Positions 14,061 through 28,599 of a DNA stretch of 64,000 nt are shown piece by piece. The stretch is from Camelus ferus (Eukaryota), in NCBI RefSeq assembly GCF_009834535.1, contig NC_045697.1:81780001-81844000 (forward strand). Direction: 5' to 3'. Under the pieces are notes generated by a model, which saw only the letters and a list, made by a program, of their open reading frames with translations, was not told the origin of the DNA and did not search any database. The first letter of the stretch is position 1. The number at the start of each line of letters is the position of its first letter. The translations under genes and the position numbers were made by a program.

Positions 14061-15488
14061 TTAAGAATCAGATTAAAATTCTCAGACAAATGTTTATATC
14101 TGAACATATTTACAAGGCATATTAGGTGTTTACGTACTTCCAAAATGTCCACATAACCAGAGTTCAATGAACTCAAGCATGGCAGGTTACCCATTAAATA
14201 ATAGTGCTGTTTTTGATGGAGTTTTGGTTGTGAACATGGTGGCTCAGCTACACATTTCATTTGTTAGCCATCCTTGTAGCTGTGCCACTAGGTACTGATC
14301 AACTGTACTTGAATAAAAATGTTTTATGCACCTATTGATTAAAACTATACAAATGAAGTTAATTGTCCCCCACGCTCTCCCCTCTTATTCTTATTTGAAA
14401 TACAAACATAGCAGTGATCATATATTTAGACTAAATATGAAAATAACCAGCTAGGTTATAGCAATGAAACAAAGAAACAGAATCTGGAGCACAGCCCATC
14501 CACTCCTCTTAGACTAGACTATTACATGAGACAAATAAGCTTCTACTTTCAGTCATTTTTAATCAACTTAAAAAGCAGCCTATATTTTAACTAAGACATT
14601 GAAATATACGAAAAATATTGAGTTTACATGGACTTTATGAGGAGAGATTTTATAGCTTGTATCAGATTTTTTACAGATCCCAATATGATTAACTTTTATT
14701 ATTGCTATAAATGCTTTGAAAATTATGTTGGGAGGTGGAAATCCTTTCACATACAGATCATTTAAATCTATAAAATTCCCCATGGATTAGGGAAAACAAA
14801 AATAGCGTGACAACAATAAAACACCAACAACTAAAACTTCTTGAATGGCAATCTTTTCTTCTCTAATTTACTGTAGCAATGCATAAATTAGACTTGGTTT
14901 TCATGTTAGAAAGTAAAAAATCAACAGACCGTCTTCTTCTGGACCAGATGCCTGCTTAATGAATTTGGAACCAGCATCACCACAGGTGCACAAAGTCTAG
15001 AAGTGCTTAATTGCTTGTTCTTGCAAAACCCTGGCATTCTAAAGCCAATATGTTTTACTTGCATATGTCACTTAGAGAATCTTGCTTATTCAAGCAAGGT
15101 CCATCTCTCTTTCACCTGTGCAGGTCAACATGTCATGACAATAAGGTTGTTCTGGGCGATGAAAGCAGTAAAAGAGATTGTCAGTTATTAAAAGAAAACA
15201 CGACCAAAGTATAATATTGACTGGCTAACTCCAAGGGCTCAGCTTTTTACTACTCCTAACCTAGAATTTGTGCATGTTAAAATTATTTTTCTACTGAACA
15301 ATCAGAAAAGTTTAACACACAGAAATAAATATATATTCATCTGAATATACTGTATCTTCATTCCTCCACACACCGAACTCCCTACTTTGGAGTTATCTGG
15401 GTATTATTCTATATCCTTGCTCAATTTATAAATTTCTGTAAAAATATTTACATCAAATTATATTTTACAGATTTCTCGTCTAACCATT

Positions 15489-15944
15489 TGTTATGAGTTG
15501 TGTCCACTCAAAAGCTCATATATTAAAGTTCTAGGTGTTAGCACCCTAGAATGTAAATTCATTTGTAAATAGGGTATGAAAATGTAATTATTTAAGATAA
15601 TGTCATACTGAAGCAGATTGCATCCCTAATCCAAATGTGACATGTATCCTTATAAAAAGGGGAAATTTGGACAAAGACATGCACACAGGAAGAACACCAT
15701 GTAAAGATGAAGACAGACACCCAGCAATATTTCTATAAGCCAATGAAAATTTAAAAATTGCCAGAAAACCACCTGAAGCTAGGAGAAAGGATGGAACAGA
15801 TTCTTCCAAATAGTCCGCAAAACCAACCTTCCTGGTACCTTGATCTTGGACTTTTAGCCTCTTTAACTCTGACATACTAAATTTCTCTTGTTTAAGCTTC
15901 CTAGTTTGTGGTATTTTGTTATGGTAGTCCAAGCAAATTAAAAG
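15489..15944 (+). mobile_element. MLT1B-type MaLR solo LTR, full length
   Basis: tgttatgagttg start, tccttataaaaaggggaaatttggaca, ccttgatcttggacttttagcctc, tttgtggtattttgttatgg end. Confidence 0.9.
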
Positions 15945-16842
15945 ATTACTTTTTTAAAAGTATTTTTTGAATCTTTTCTCTCTGCTTCTCTCTAGCCCAT
16001 GTAATTATTTCGCCACACATTTCTGTGTAAACCTCTCTATCTACTCCACTCACTTTGATATCTTAGGTTGACTATCAAGATTGCCAAAACAATCCTGATG
16101 ACAAAATGAGCCCCTTATCATCAATCTTCCTTCAATTTATACTCCACATTTGTTTTCCAAACTCATAGAACAATATTGAGGCTTACAGGCCAGCTTTTAC
16201 TTCATCTTTCAACAGCTCATACAATTTCATCTACTGGAGTCTTCTGAATTGATTCTAGATCATCTATAACTCTCATGATCTGTGCTCTCCCTGACTAAGC
16301 TGTTCTCAGGTGTAGTTTACAGTTTTTGATTTATGTAATGCATGAAGGACCTTGTCTTTCAGCATGCATTGCTCTGATCATTATTCTGTCTCTGAAAGTA
16401 TTTTTAAAGCTTTGTCAAGGTAAGTGAGCATATATGGAGATATTTTTAATCCTTTCTTTTCCCAAATGTATTATTTTCTGAGATCTTTTTTGTCTGCCCC
16501 TCCTCTTTGAATGAACATGTAGAAGTATAAATCTGATGCGGTCTTGCTGAGTACTTCTTTCTGATTGTGTCAACTCTTATAATTTTACATTTAGAGATAA
16601 AACTGGGTGCTGGCTAAGAGAACCCACAAGATGAAGTTTTCTATATCTTATGGAACTGTCTACTTTTTTTGAGAAGGGGTAGGGCTACTTAATAAGGTGA
16701 GCATGAATATAAGTCCATAATATGCCTCCCAATCTAGATACATCAATCATTTAGTTACAGAAAACCTTGAGACATGGTCTTTTTTAAAACAGAGCTTACA
16801 TAGCCAAGATTTATCTTTGTCTTTCGCTATTCATTATCAATT

Positions 16843-18132
16843 AAAAATAAATTCAAAATGGCTTAAAGACTTAAACATAAGACAACACTATAAACCTCTT
16901 ACAAGAGAATGCAGGCAAAACATTATCTGACTTAAATCTTAGCAATGTTCTCCTAGGGAAGCCTACCCAGGCAATGAAAATAAAAGCAAAAATTAACAAG
17001 TGGGACCAAATTAAACATATAGACTTTTGCATAGCAAAGGAAACCATAAGCAAAACAAAAAGATAACCTACAGAATGGGATAAATATTTGTAAAAGATGA
17101 GACTCACAAGGGCTTAATTTCCAGAATACATAGAGCTCAAATAACTTAATAAGAAAAAAACCAAGCAACTCAATCCAAAAATAGGCAGAAGACCTATACA
17201 AGCAATATTCTATAGACAGACAAATGGGCAATAGGCACATGAAAAAAATGCTCAATATCACTAATGATCAGAAAAATGCAAATCAAAACTAAAAGGAGGT
17301 ATAACCTCACACCAGTCAGAATGGCCATCATTCGTAAGTTCCACAAATAATAAATGCTGGAGAGGGTGTGGAGAAAAATGGGAACCCTCCTACACTGTTG
17401 GTGAGAATACAATCTGGTGCAGCTGTTATGGAAAACAGTAAGGAAATTCCTCAAAAAACTAAAAATAGACTTACCATATGATCCAGCAATCCCACTCCTA
17501 GGCATATATCCAGAGTGAACTTTAATTCAAAAAGATACATGCACTCCAATGTTCACAGCAGCACTATATACAATAGCCAAGACATGGAAGAAACCTAAAT
17601 GTCCATCGACAGATAACTGGATAAAGAAGCTGTGGTATATCTGAATATATACATAAATACATACAATGGAATACTACTCAGCTATAAAAAAGAATAAAAT
17701 ATTGCTATTTGTAGTAACATGGATGGACCTGGAGACTGTAATTCTAAGTGAAGTAAGCCAGAAAGAGAAAGAAAAATACCATATGATATCACTTACATGT
17801 GGAATCTTAAAAAAAAGACAAATGAACTTATTTACAGAACAGAAACAGACTCGCAGACATAGAAAACAAACTTATGGTTACCAGGTGGGGAAGAGGGTGG
17901 GAAGGGATAAACTGGGAGTTCGAGATTTGTAGATACTAACTACAATATATAAAATAGATAAACAACAAGTTTCTTCTGTACAGCACAGGGAACTATATTC
18001 AATATCTTGTAGTAACCTATAATGAAAAAGAATATGAAAACAGATATATGTATGTATATGTATGACTGAACTATTACGCTGTACACCAGAAATTGCCACA
18101 TTGTAAACTGACCATACTTCAATTAAAAAAAA
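16843..18132 (+). mobile_element. 5'-truncated L1 (~1.3 kb): ORF2 C-terminus, 3' UTR and A-tail; relatively young
   Basis: ORF 17666-17932 reads MEYYSAIKKNKILLFVVTWMDLETVILSEVSQKEKEKYHMISL (L1 ORF2p C-terminal region); ccatatgatccagcaatcccactcctaggcatatatcc; ends cttcaattaaaaaaaa. Frames are disrupted. Confidence 0.95.
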
Positions 18133-20389
18133 TTGAGAGAATATAAATCAGGCATGCTTAGTTGATTGGAATAATAATATCCAAGGCCAATTTCTTTTAA
18201 ATACTTTTTACTTCATGCTATTCATGAAACAAAATCAATCATACTGAATAATAAATTTGTCTTTTCATTTTACTTTCACACTGATTTCTGTATATTGAGT
18301 AAAGGTGCTAAATATTAAAAAAAAAAAAAAGAGAGAGAAAAACAAAAAGAACAAAAATTCCAATGCTTTTCTTTAATATAAAGAACTTTCTATTTTAGAC
18401 ACTGGGAGTAAACTCATAATTATTATTATTCAAAATCTTAAAATATTATTTGAAGAAAATGATTTATTAAATTAGACATATCACCTATAATTTTTTCAAA
18501 TAAAAGATAACCCTTTCTTCACCCTGTTACATTTAAACATAGTTTTAATACTCCATGGTATCCCTAATTGCATGAAATATATATTCCAGTGTATTTCCCT
18601 TTAGGGGTTTTGTTAGCCAAGATAAATTGATGAGAAGCACAATGATATAGATAAACTGGTAATGACAGATACAATTTTTAGAATTAATTTACATGAAAAA
18701 TGGACCCTAAATAAGGCCCTTGGGAATAGTGAGCATTATATATAAGGTATCTTTTTTTTAACAAAAATTTTATACAGCAAGGTAGTATTTTCTTAAATCC
18801 ATGAGTATATAAATGAGTTCCAAGTTGAAGAAAACACCCAAACCTCTATCAGATCTAATGTGCTACTTAACAGTTTTAGTCATTGGAAAGTTATTGTGTG
18901 GATTTAAATCTGTATTTTATTCTCTATCACATTATTTAGAAATAAAATATTCTCTTTTCCCTTTTGTGTCTCCTGAATGAAATTATTTAGCATTTCTTGT
19001 GTATGTTCTGCGGATGTGCACATTTATACAAACAGCTACTAACAGTACAACTTACAATGAGAGACTACACAATATCATATGTCAAATTTTTCATATCACT
19101 GCAAGCTGAGTATTCTTTAATTGAAAAAAGTCCTTCAGCTTATTAGTAAATGGTAAACTGAAATTTATATTTAACACATTTTATATAGTTAGCATATTTT
19201 ACATTAATAAGCAGTAAGTCAGAGATGTTTTATTCTTTATTGAAACTTGGAGACATCAATAACTCAATTTCATAAGTTAGCTGTCTCTCTAAGTAGAATA
19301 AATCAATCAGTTGGGCCAATCTTTATTAAGCTCAAGTCTCCTGAGTTAATCTAAAATAAGTTCCCACTTCAAGTATGGGTTTTGTAGAGAAGCACTGTGA
19401 GACTTTTTTGTCAAAGGTGTGCATTCCATGCTGAATGAAAGTGCTTATTAAAATTCTAAGCCTTCTTTGTAGCTACGGTATTTAGTTGCTGTAACTGGCA
19501 CATCTTTCCAAGTTCAGTGATGAACTGAGAACTCTTCCTTTTGAATTTAGAATAAAAGAACTCTTATTAACAATTCAGTGTAATAAAGTCTAGTCAAGAG
19601 CTTGAAATCACATTTACTTTGGAGCAGAATGTCTCTTACAAGAGAACAAGCTGTCCTGGGACCATGATGGGGGAAGGGTGGTGATAACAAGTATTTATTT
19701 CATGTCCGTGAATTTATCTGCTTTTTATTGATGCACCTGATTACAAAGATTACATTTATATATGCCATGAATGAGCAAATAAAAATTTGCATAAATTTGT
19801 TCATACTTTTTTTTAACCTAAATAAACTGAGGTATAAAACTTTGTATACTGCCTCGAACAGCAACAAGCACATAGTAGCCTTGTAAGTCATGTTGAGTAA
19901 GATAACCAGAGATCGTAACTTAAGGGAGTTTCAACCTCTTTTCTCTTTCCATCCATTTCTGCAATTTTACATATGATCTGTATGTAAATGATTCCTAAAT
20001 TATTCCTGAATCCCAGATACACTACATGCATTACAGGTGGGTTAAGAGCCTTGAATGAGCTGTCAATACCTCTAAATATTTGATTATTCTAATCATTATA
20101 AACTAGATTTGCAATATAACTTATAAATACTATACGGGTATTTTTATTCATTCTTTTGGTCTTTTCTATAATAAACCTGTCATTTCTCTCATTGATCTTG
20201 GCCTGCTTTGGGAATTCAAACATGTTTATTTTACACTCCTTAAAGATTTTATTTTTGTTATAATATACATTTTAATTAAAACATATCAAATTTGTAACCT
20301 TCCTATAATATTATTGTTCTTGCCTAAGTCTGTGAAAGCGTTTCATACCCATTTGAGTCCACCAGCCATATAGCCCATCCCCCACCACC

Positions 20390-20520
20390 TTTTATTCATT
20401 TATTTGTGGGTTTTTTCTTGGAGGGGAGGTAATTAGGTTTGTGTATTTTTAGAGGAGGTACTAGGGTTTGAACCCAGGACTTCATGCATGCCAGGCACAC
20501 ACTCCACCACTGAACTAAAT
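20390..20520 (-). mobile_element. tRNA-derived SINE (camelid type), head eroded
   Basis: Reverse strand reads agttcagtggtggagtgtg...gtcctgggttcaaaccctagtacctcc (A box and B box) then aacctaattacctcccc and an A-rich tail. Confidence 0.85.
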
Positions 20521-20617
20521 TTGGATCTCCTTCTTTTACTTTTCTTAAAAATCTTATGTTTGGTATTTAATATACTTTATATTTCTCTCAAAATAACTTG
20601 TACATTTCTATATAGAG

Positions 20618-20803
20618 CAGGACTTCGCAACTCGAGCACAGGAATTATCTGAGGAAATGTGAAAATGAATAAATAAATATACAAGGCTGATTCCCTACCC
20701 TCATCCCAGATATTAACTTAATTGATAGGCTCAGTGCTGGCAGATGTTAAAATCTCCTTCAACAGGAATGGTTCTAAAGTGAAGACAGAGATGAGAACCA
20801 TTC
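20618..20803. mobile_element. MER5-like hAT MITE
   Basis: caggacttcgcaac left end and gatgagaaccatt right end around a ~185-bp body. Confidence 0.45.
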
Positions 20804-22944
20804 AAATAAACTATCTTATAGACATATACTACTCCCTCTTCCTCTGCACATTTTATGACCTCCAGAGTAATTGCTGGGCTTTGATCAACACCACTGCGAT
20901 GTTTTAGTAAAGAGATGGCTGCAGGTAGCACAGCATGTGGTAATGCTTCTCACGAATGGGAAACTGTAAAAAAGGCAATCAGGAACAACACCGAGAGCTT
21001 TAGATGGCTAATAACTATCATAAAACCCTTTTCAAGAAGTATGTAAAGGTTAGTCACTGGGTTCAAATAACTTGAATGGTAAAGCACAGACAGCTGCAAC
21101 CATGTCTTCCCGATTGTTTCATTCATGAATAAATACACACAGTAATAAACTACTGTAAATAAAATTAATCACATATGCTTATGCACATAATAGGAGCCTG
21201 CTGAATGTCGGGCTGTTTTGAATCTATGGATCTGTTGAAACAGTCTTTGTGGGTAAACATTCACAGATGGGCACATTTTCTCTATTAAAAACACCTGCAA
21301 AAGGTTGCTGGAAAAGTTTCAAAAAACGTTGAATGATTTCAAAATTTTTTTTACACCACCTGGTGATTGATGACTTTTGCAGTTTTCTTCTTAGGAGACC
21401 ATGTAATAGAATATTATGATTAGTTCACTGATGCCATCAGAGGAACCAGGTAAGGTGAATATTGTGTTTCTGTCTTTCCTTTATTCCTTTACATATTAAT
21501 TTCTTCCTTTCTTCACTTAGTCATTATTATACAGAAAGAAATCTGCAATTAAGTGAACAAAGTACAAATAATTCTGTCCCAATTATATTTATATTTCTAT
21601 CACCCATCCTGATAAACAGAATTAACTAATGTAGAAACCCTGAACAATTACTTTTACCTACTTTGTTAACAACTTGAAACTCAGTCTTCTTTCCCCCTAA
21701 GCTCGATATTGTCCCTACTTATATTTTCAGATATTTCCATTCCTGAATTAATAAAAAAGAAAAAAAGGAAATCTCTTCACACCTATTTTCATTTACTCTT
21801 TCTTCACTACACCTGTTCTACTCTGGCCCCACTGTATATCCTTAAATACACTCTTGACTTATACACAGATTTTGAAGACAAACTATATTTCACCCTCTAC
21901 AAAGAGCAGGCCCCAAGACATTGTGAAAACTGCAAGGGCTACTGCCAAGAACAAAAATAAAACAGAACCAGCAGCACACCAATGAAATAATAAACCCTCT
22001 CTTCAAATGTATTTTTATTTTATAAACAAAGCTACACTTGAGCCATATTTGTTTAATAGATGTTTTTCATTTTTCTTCTTTCTCTCCCTTTGAAACTATT
22101 TGACATAACAAAGAAACATTGTTGTTGTCTGTATTTTACTGAATCTGTTTTGTGTTCTGACGTCTTAATATCCTCCTTGAATATATGTCAACTAAAGAGA
22201 GATTACAGCACATCCCTAAATCTCTGGAGTATATATATCTTTGGGGTGAAAGGTAAGGTGTTTAATGTCATTCTCATTTGACGGACACCAACTGTAGTTA
22301 ACCTTCCACCAGATATAATATAAAGGTCAAATGAAAGTTTTATTTTATTATATGCTTAGCATAAAGCCTTGGACTATCAAATGTCAATTACATCACTAAC
22401 TTATATGATAAATTCATTCTATAATCACAGTCTAAATACTCACAACGAAGTAAATGTTAAAAACTACACTAAGGTTAGCATTACTACAAGAATAACCTCC
22501 TCTGAGTTAGGAAGCAATATAATTGTCAAAAATAAGTAACTAAGCTACTGTTACTTGAGTTAAAAATGTATTTTTTCAAATGGTAACAATCCTGTAAGAA
22601 TTTTTTCTCCTATGTCTATAATAATCTCACAGACTAAGAATCCTATGAATTGTTAAGGTACTCAGTTTTAGTTACATGTCTTATTTCTACACATGGATCA
22701 AATATCATTTAATACATTAAATTACAAAAAGGATAAGTCTAGTCAAAATCTATATTAACTGCTATTTTTCAGAGTGTGATATACTAAATGATTATCAACC
22801 ACAAAGGACCAAGGACTCCAGGAACATGCTTTCCGAAGAATGGAGTAAAAAAAAAAAAAAAAGACAGCAGGAAAATGTACTCTGAAACAGAAATGACGAT
22901 ACTAATAGCTATTGCATTGTTCCAATCACTTTATATAATTTAAT

Positions 22945-24335
22945 CCTATAATTTCTGATTTTATTAATTAGAACTTTTTTCTCAGTGAGTCTAGCTAAAG
23001 GTTTATCTATTTGTTTGTCTTTTCAAAGAACCAGTTCTTATGTTCACTGATCTTTTCCATTGTCTTTCTAATCTCTACTTCAGCTCTGATCTTTACTTAT
23101 ATACTTCCTTCTACTAGCTTTGGACTTCATTTGTTCTTCTTTTTCTAGTACCTTTAGCTGTAAGGCTAGATTGTTTACTTGAAATTTTTGTTTCTTGAGG
23201 TACGCCTGTAGTCTTACAAACTTTCCTCTTAGTACCTTTTTTTTTTTGATCTCGTAGATTTTAGTATGTTGTATTTCATTTTCACTTGTCTTTAGGTTAT
23301 TTTTTATTTCTCTTTTGATTTCTTCACTGACCAAATAGTCGTTCAGGGGCATTTTGTTCTGCCTCCGCATATGTGTTTTTTTTTTCCAGCTTTCTTCTTA
23401 CAGTTTATTTCTAGTTTCATACCACGGTAGTTGAAGTAGGAAAAGGTGCTTGATATAACTGCAATCTTCTTAAACTTATTGAGACTTGTTTACGTCCCAA
23501 CATATGGTCTATCCTTGAGAAGGTTCCATGTGCACTTAAGAGTGTGTATTCTGTTGCATTTAAAATGGAGTATTCTGTACAAATCTATCAAATCCATCTG
23601 GTCTAATGTTTCATTTAAGACTGCTTTTTCAGTTGACCAGGTTGTCATTCTGTCTGGATGATCTATCCATTGATGTAAGGGGAGTGTTATAGTACCTTAC
23701 TATTATTATGCTGTCAATTTTGCCCTACAGATTTATTAATAATTGTTTTATACAGTTTGGTTCTCCTATGTTAGGTGCATGTATATTAATAATTATGTCT
23801 TCTTGATGAATTATCCCCTGTATCATTATACAGTCTCCAGTTTTGTCTCATCTTTTTGGCTTAAGTCTATTTTGTCTGATATTAATATGGCTACACTCAC
23901 TTTTTTTGGCTGTCATTTGCTTGGAGTATCATTTTCTACCTCTTTATTTTTAGCGTGTCTATCTTTAAAACTAAGGTCAATCTCTTGGAGGCAGCATAAA
24001 GTTAGGTCTTGTTTTTAATCCATCCAACCACTCTATGTCATTTGATAGGTAAATTCAATCCATTTATATTATGGGTGATTATTGATAGTTGAGGACTTAG
24101 TATTGCCATTTTAATTTTGTATTTTGTATTATTCTGTACCTCCATTGTTTCTTTTCCATTGTGTTTCTGTCTACTATTTTGGTTTGTTGGTTTTCTGATT
24201 TTTTTCTCATTTTCCCCTTTTCTAATGTTTTGTGTCTCTGCTCTAGGCTTATATTTTGTGGTTACTGTGAAGTCTACTTAAAATGTCTCATAGATGAAAT
24301 AGACCTTTTATTCTGCTGATAGAATCTTTTCTTAA
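22945..24335 (-). mobile_element. L1 fragment covering the ORF2 endonuclease region and inter-ORF sequence
   Basis: ORF 23080-23370(-) reads LNDYLVSEEIKREIKNNLKTSENE...VLRGKFVRLQAYLKKQ...LEKEEQMKSKASRRK, the L1 ORF2p segment following the EN domain; multiple stops and frameshifts. Confidence 0.92.
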
Positions 24336-27300
24336 TTTATGTATATTAATAGATACAGGGAGGAAAGTAGCTCTGACCCATCCAAAGCCTACAAAGCTAC
24401 TTTCTTCCAGCTACTGAATTAACACTTAACATTTAATTCTGATGATTTACATAAGCATTTTAAATCACATTAATACCTAATAACAGAGTCTTGTCAAAAG
24501 ATTTATTTGGATGGACACAAAATAAGCACCAGTAGAAACATTTTAATGGAGTATCATAAAATCAGACCTTACCAAAAATAGCTTTCTCACTATTCTGCGG
24601 AAATGTTATCATTTTTTTTTTAATCCATCACCACCCTCTGTCCACTATAGTCATTCTACTGGATGAGAAAACAAAAGTGAGAAAATTATCTCAAAAATGA
24701 AGAGAGATATAGTGTTCTGCAATTCTTACATCATCACACGTCTAAATTTGTTCTTCTGATTTTAGAACACAAGACATGGCCCAAGAAAACTCACTGAGGA
24801 AAGAAAAATTAAAGTCCAAAATTTTGTGTCTATAAAATGATAGTTTAAAAAAATGGAATTCCAATACAGTGTAAGAGGATAATATTGGAGAAAGGTGCAC
24901 TAAGACTATGAAGTGTACATGGAAAGTGAAGGGGTACATGGAAAGTGATTTTTACTTGAATCAATGAATAAAAAGAACTTTTTAAAAAATTGTGTATAAA
25001 ATTTCAGAAACACTTCAGCTTTTAGCTTTGAATTTAAGATACATATTTGTCATTGGATGTGAGGCTTGGTGTAAAAAGTAATGAATTCTTCCTTACTGTA
25101 TTTTCATTTGCTGGAAAACTTAGGTCATAATGTTTTGCAAATAGAATTTTTAAAATTTTAAAGGCCAATAACAGTTTTACAAGCTTAGTCCTCAGATTAC
25201 CACGTGAAACAGAGTATCTTCATTATTGGGGTGTAAAGAAACGCAGCTTGGTAGTTACCACTAATGATAGCATTAAATTAAAATAAATAAACCTGATTTA
25301 TGAATTGTACATTTTCTAGTACTGAAAAAATAGATATATCCCAAGAGATTAAATATAATAAGGGAAATATCAAAATTAACATTTGCATGGTGACATTTAA
25401 AATAAATACTAAAATAAGTGAATGTAACAAATTATTCTAAATACCAAGAATAATGTTAGCACATTTTTTTCTCTCATGAAAAGATGTTTATACTTAGAAC
25501 TGCAGAATTTCCTGCTGCACACATATAAAACTATTCTGAAGAAATTAATCAAATCTACTAAAAACTTCTTAATTTTTTAGACTCTTTGTTCAATTACACA
25601 ACAAATTTAAGAGCCAATACTACAGAAGGAAAGAAAAATCGACAATTTACACTAAAACAATGCTTGGTGCTAATTAAAATTCCATAAAATTTATTTCTAA
25701 ATTAAAATTTCACACTATATTTAATTCCATAAACATTAAACTTACCTCATTTAAAGAGCCTGAAATTTTACTTTTGATGCAATATTGATTAAAATGGTAT
25801 GTGTTGAGCAGGGTTCAGCTATATTTTCCAATACTTGAAATAGTTTTTTAACACAATTTATTTTCATTGTCTTTTTATCACTTGGTTATTGTCAATAAGG
25901 AGTCCGTGTATGAGTCTGTAGGTAAACCATAACCTTAATTAAGATCACTTTGAAAGTTGGAAAATAGAAAAACTGGTCTTCAGTTTAATTCATATTTTCT
26001 GTTTTTTCTGCAATATAGATAAACATTAAAATTTAATTATATATGTGCGTAAATATGCCACACTTGCCAGTTTTGGCTCAGGTACATTCTTCAATTCTAT
26101 TAGTAAGTTCCACAACTTTAGTTTGGATGTCCACATTTTCTTGAAATATCCCAGGTGTTTTTTAATAAATTGGCACCACCTTCTTCTGAATTTCCTTGGA
26201 AAACTTTATTTTCTTAATCTGGTTGGTGCCTTTCATCATTTATCCAGAGTGACTGGCTAAAGAGTGGGCAATAATCCTATTTCACTAAATTAGACATGAG
26301 GAGAAACTGTGGCTCCTGAGAAAGAATATTTATTCATATTCCATAGAAGATACATGGCAAGGCATAGCATCAGAGGCTGCTGCCAGTCATTTTTCCATAA
26401 GGAAAGACAACCTTAGAATAGAGAACATACACCACAAGACAACAGGTTACAGAAGAGAGTCTGTCTTTTTTTGATACTGTCATATCTAGATCAACATCAG
26501 TATATGAGCTTTTCAGTTATTGAATCAATATAAAACAACTGTTTTGGTCTGTTTACATCTAAAAAATGCCCCCATTTGTAGCTGAAAGCGAACTTTTTCT
26601 AAATTATTTTTTACATTATGACACAATTGTAAGTGATAATATCTATTTAGCAAACTAAACTTAAGAAGCCAATCATAGGTGGAGATAAGTTTAAAATTTT
26701 TATTCACCATTTTTATAGATGTTAAATTTACACATAAAAGATCTTATAAAATTGTTTTACTTCTCTTGGTTAATCTATTAATTTCTTGAAAGTGATAATT
26801 TTCATATATTTCAAAAAGAGCAAATCAAATACTAAATATCACATTCGAGATCCTGTCTGTTAAAAGAAATCATGTGTATTTAATACGAGTTTTAGAGGTG
26901 TTAAAATTAATTGATGATGGCATTTGACAACTTACATTTTCAGCATTGCAATAAAAAAAAATTCCAAACTGAAGAAGTAATTGTTTTGTATCACACTGGC
27001 GCATAAGCAGTTTCACATCATAAAATCATAGTAGCACGTTTCCTTCTAAAGCCTGTACTTACAATCTTGAATTTGTACACTGTGAAATTGTAATGCATAA
27101 ATAAAGAGTATCAGATTCACGTGTATTACTCTTTAAATTTGGTTAAACTTGTAGTGTCCTCTCCTTTCCCCTGCATGTCTGTATTTTATTACATATTTAA
27201 AAGTTTCTGATCATTATTTGGAACATGAAAAGGTCACATCTGTCTGTCCTAGATTTTGAAAACTCACCATTTATTAAGCAGAATTAGGCTAAAATAATCA

Positions 27301-28599
27301 TTTTTGTTCTCTAATTGGTAGCTGTAAAATTTCTAGTAATGTTGACCTTAAGATGAATCCTAATTGTTGGAATATTAAATTATCTGAATGTAACAGAGAC
27401 AGGAAATGTATCTCAGAATCAGAATGTATTTTTAACAACTTGATGTTGCAGAGGTAAACACTGCAAACTTTCTGCTTGGTGTCATGTCTTCCCAATAGAG
27501 AACTCAGGCAATTAAAGTATATTTTGTTATATTTACAACATGAAACCAACTGAATGAAGATTAGAAAGAGGCTGGGTTATGGAGATCCAAATAGAGATAC
27601 TCTTTCAATTACATTTATTTCTATGTAATTAATACTTGTTAATATAAAATTTAATCCCCATACTTTTTTAGTCTAAAGAATATACTTCATCTTACAAAAA
27701 CAATAAAAAGTAAAATATTTAATTTTGTTTTCAATAAAATAACAAAAAGCCTAGAGATTATAATTCTTTCATTACTCAGAATTTCACCCTAAAATCTGAA
27801 ATGACTAAGTTGTATGTAAACACTAAAATCAATAACACTTTAAATGAAGCAATATGAAGAGTATATAATACGACTAACAAATATGTGAATATATATATGT
27901 ATGTGATGTGATTTGCACTGAGTACAGCAAAAACTTTTTGAATAATTTATTCATTTAACACAACTTGAGCAATATACATACATATTGTATAAATTATGTA
28001 TCTGAATATACACACTTTCTTCTTAAAAATACAAACTTGGACAAACACTTTGTATTAAAAATGGTATACTTAAAATTTGTTCCAAAACCACATATTTGGA
28101 AAGCAGTTTTTTTGTTTTTGGTTTTTTTTTTCAGTTGCAAAACCTACTGATTTGGAATCCAACCACCTGCTATATAGCAGATGATCACCTCTTCCTCTCT
28201 GAAAGGAGAATGCCTCAATCTGTGCTTTGGATCTCTTTTTGGCTATCTTTCTTTCCCACTGCTTATTATCTATTCTTTCTCTTCAATATGTAATCAAATT
28301 CACACAATTGCATTCTTCTCACTTTAAAAAGCGTTCTCAAATCTCGTCATTCCAACAAGCTGTAGCAACAACAGCAGCAACAGCAATGGCAACAAAACTC
28401 TCTGAATCCCACTTCTTCCTCCTGCTCCCAGTCGGAAGTAAGCCTTCCCTCATAATCAGTGTTCTCAGAATATGTGCCTATTTTTATTGCTTTGAATTTG
28501 TTATCTACATGACTTATAATTGACTACACTGGTTTCTGACTCAATGACCAAAAGAGTCCTGGTGAATTAAACCGCAGCCCCTCTGTCACTAAAAATCAA

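Noticed and set aside
16871..18122. Cluster of overlapping ORFs on both strands
   Set aside because: All derive from a truncated L1 (ORF2 end and its antisense frames).
16837..18129. tcaattaaaaa at both ends of the L1 as a TSD
   Set aside because: The motif is the native L1 3' terminus plus A-tail, so it cannot be distinguished from chance or microhomology.
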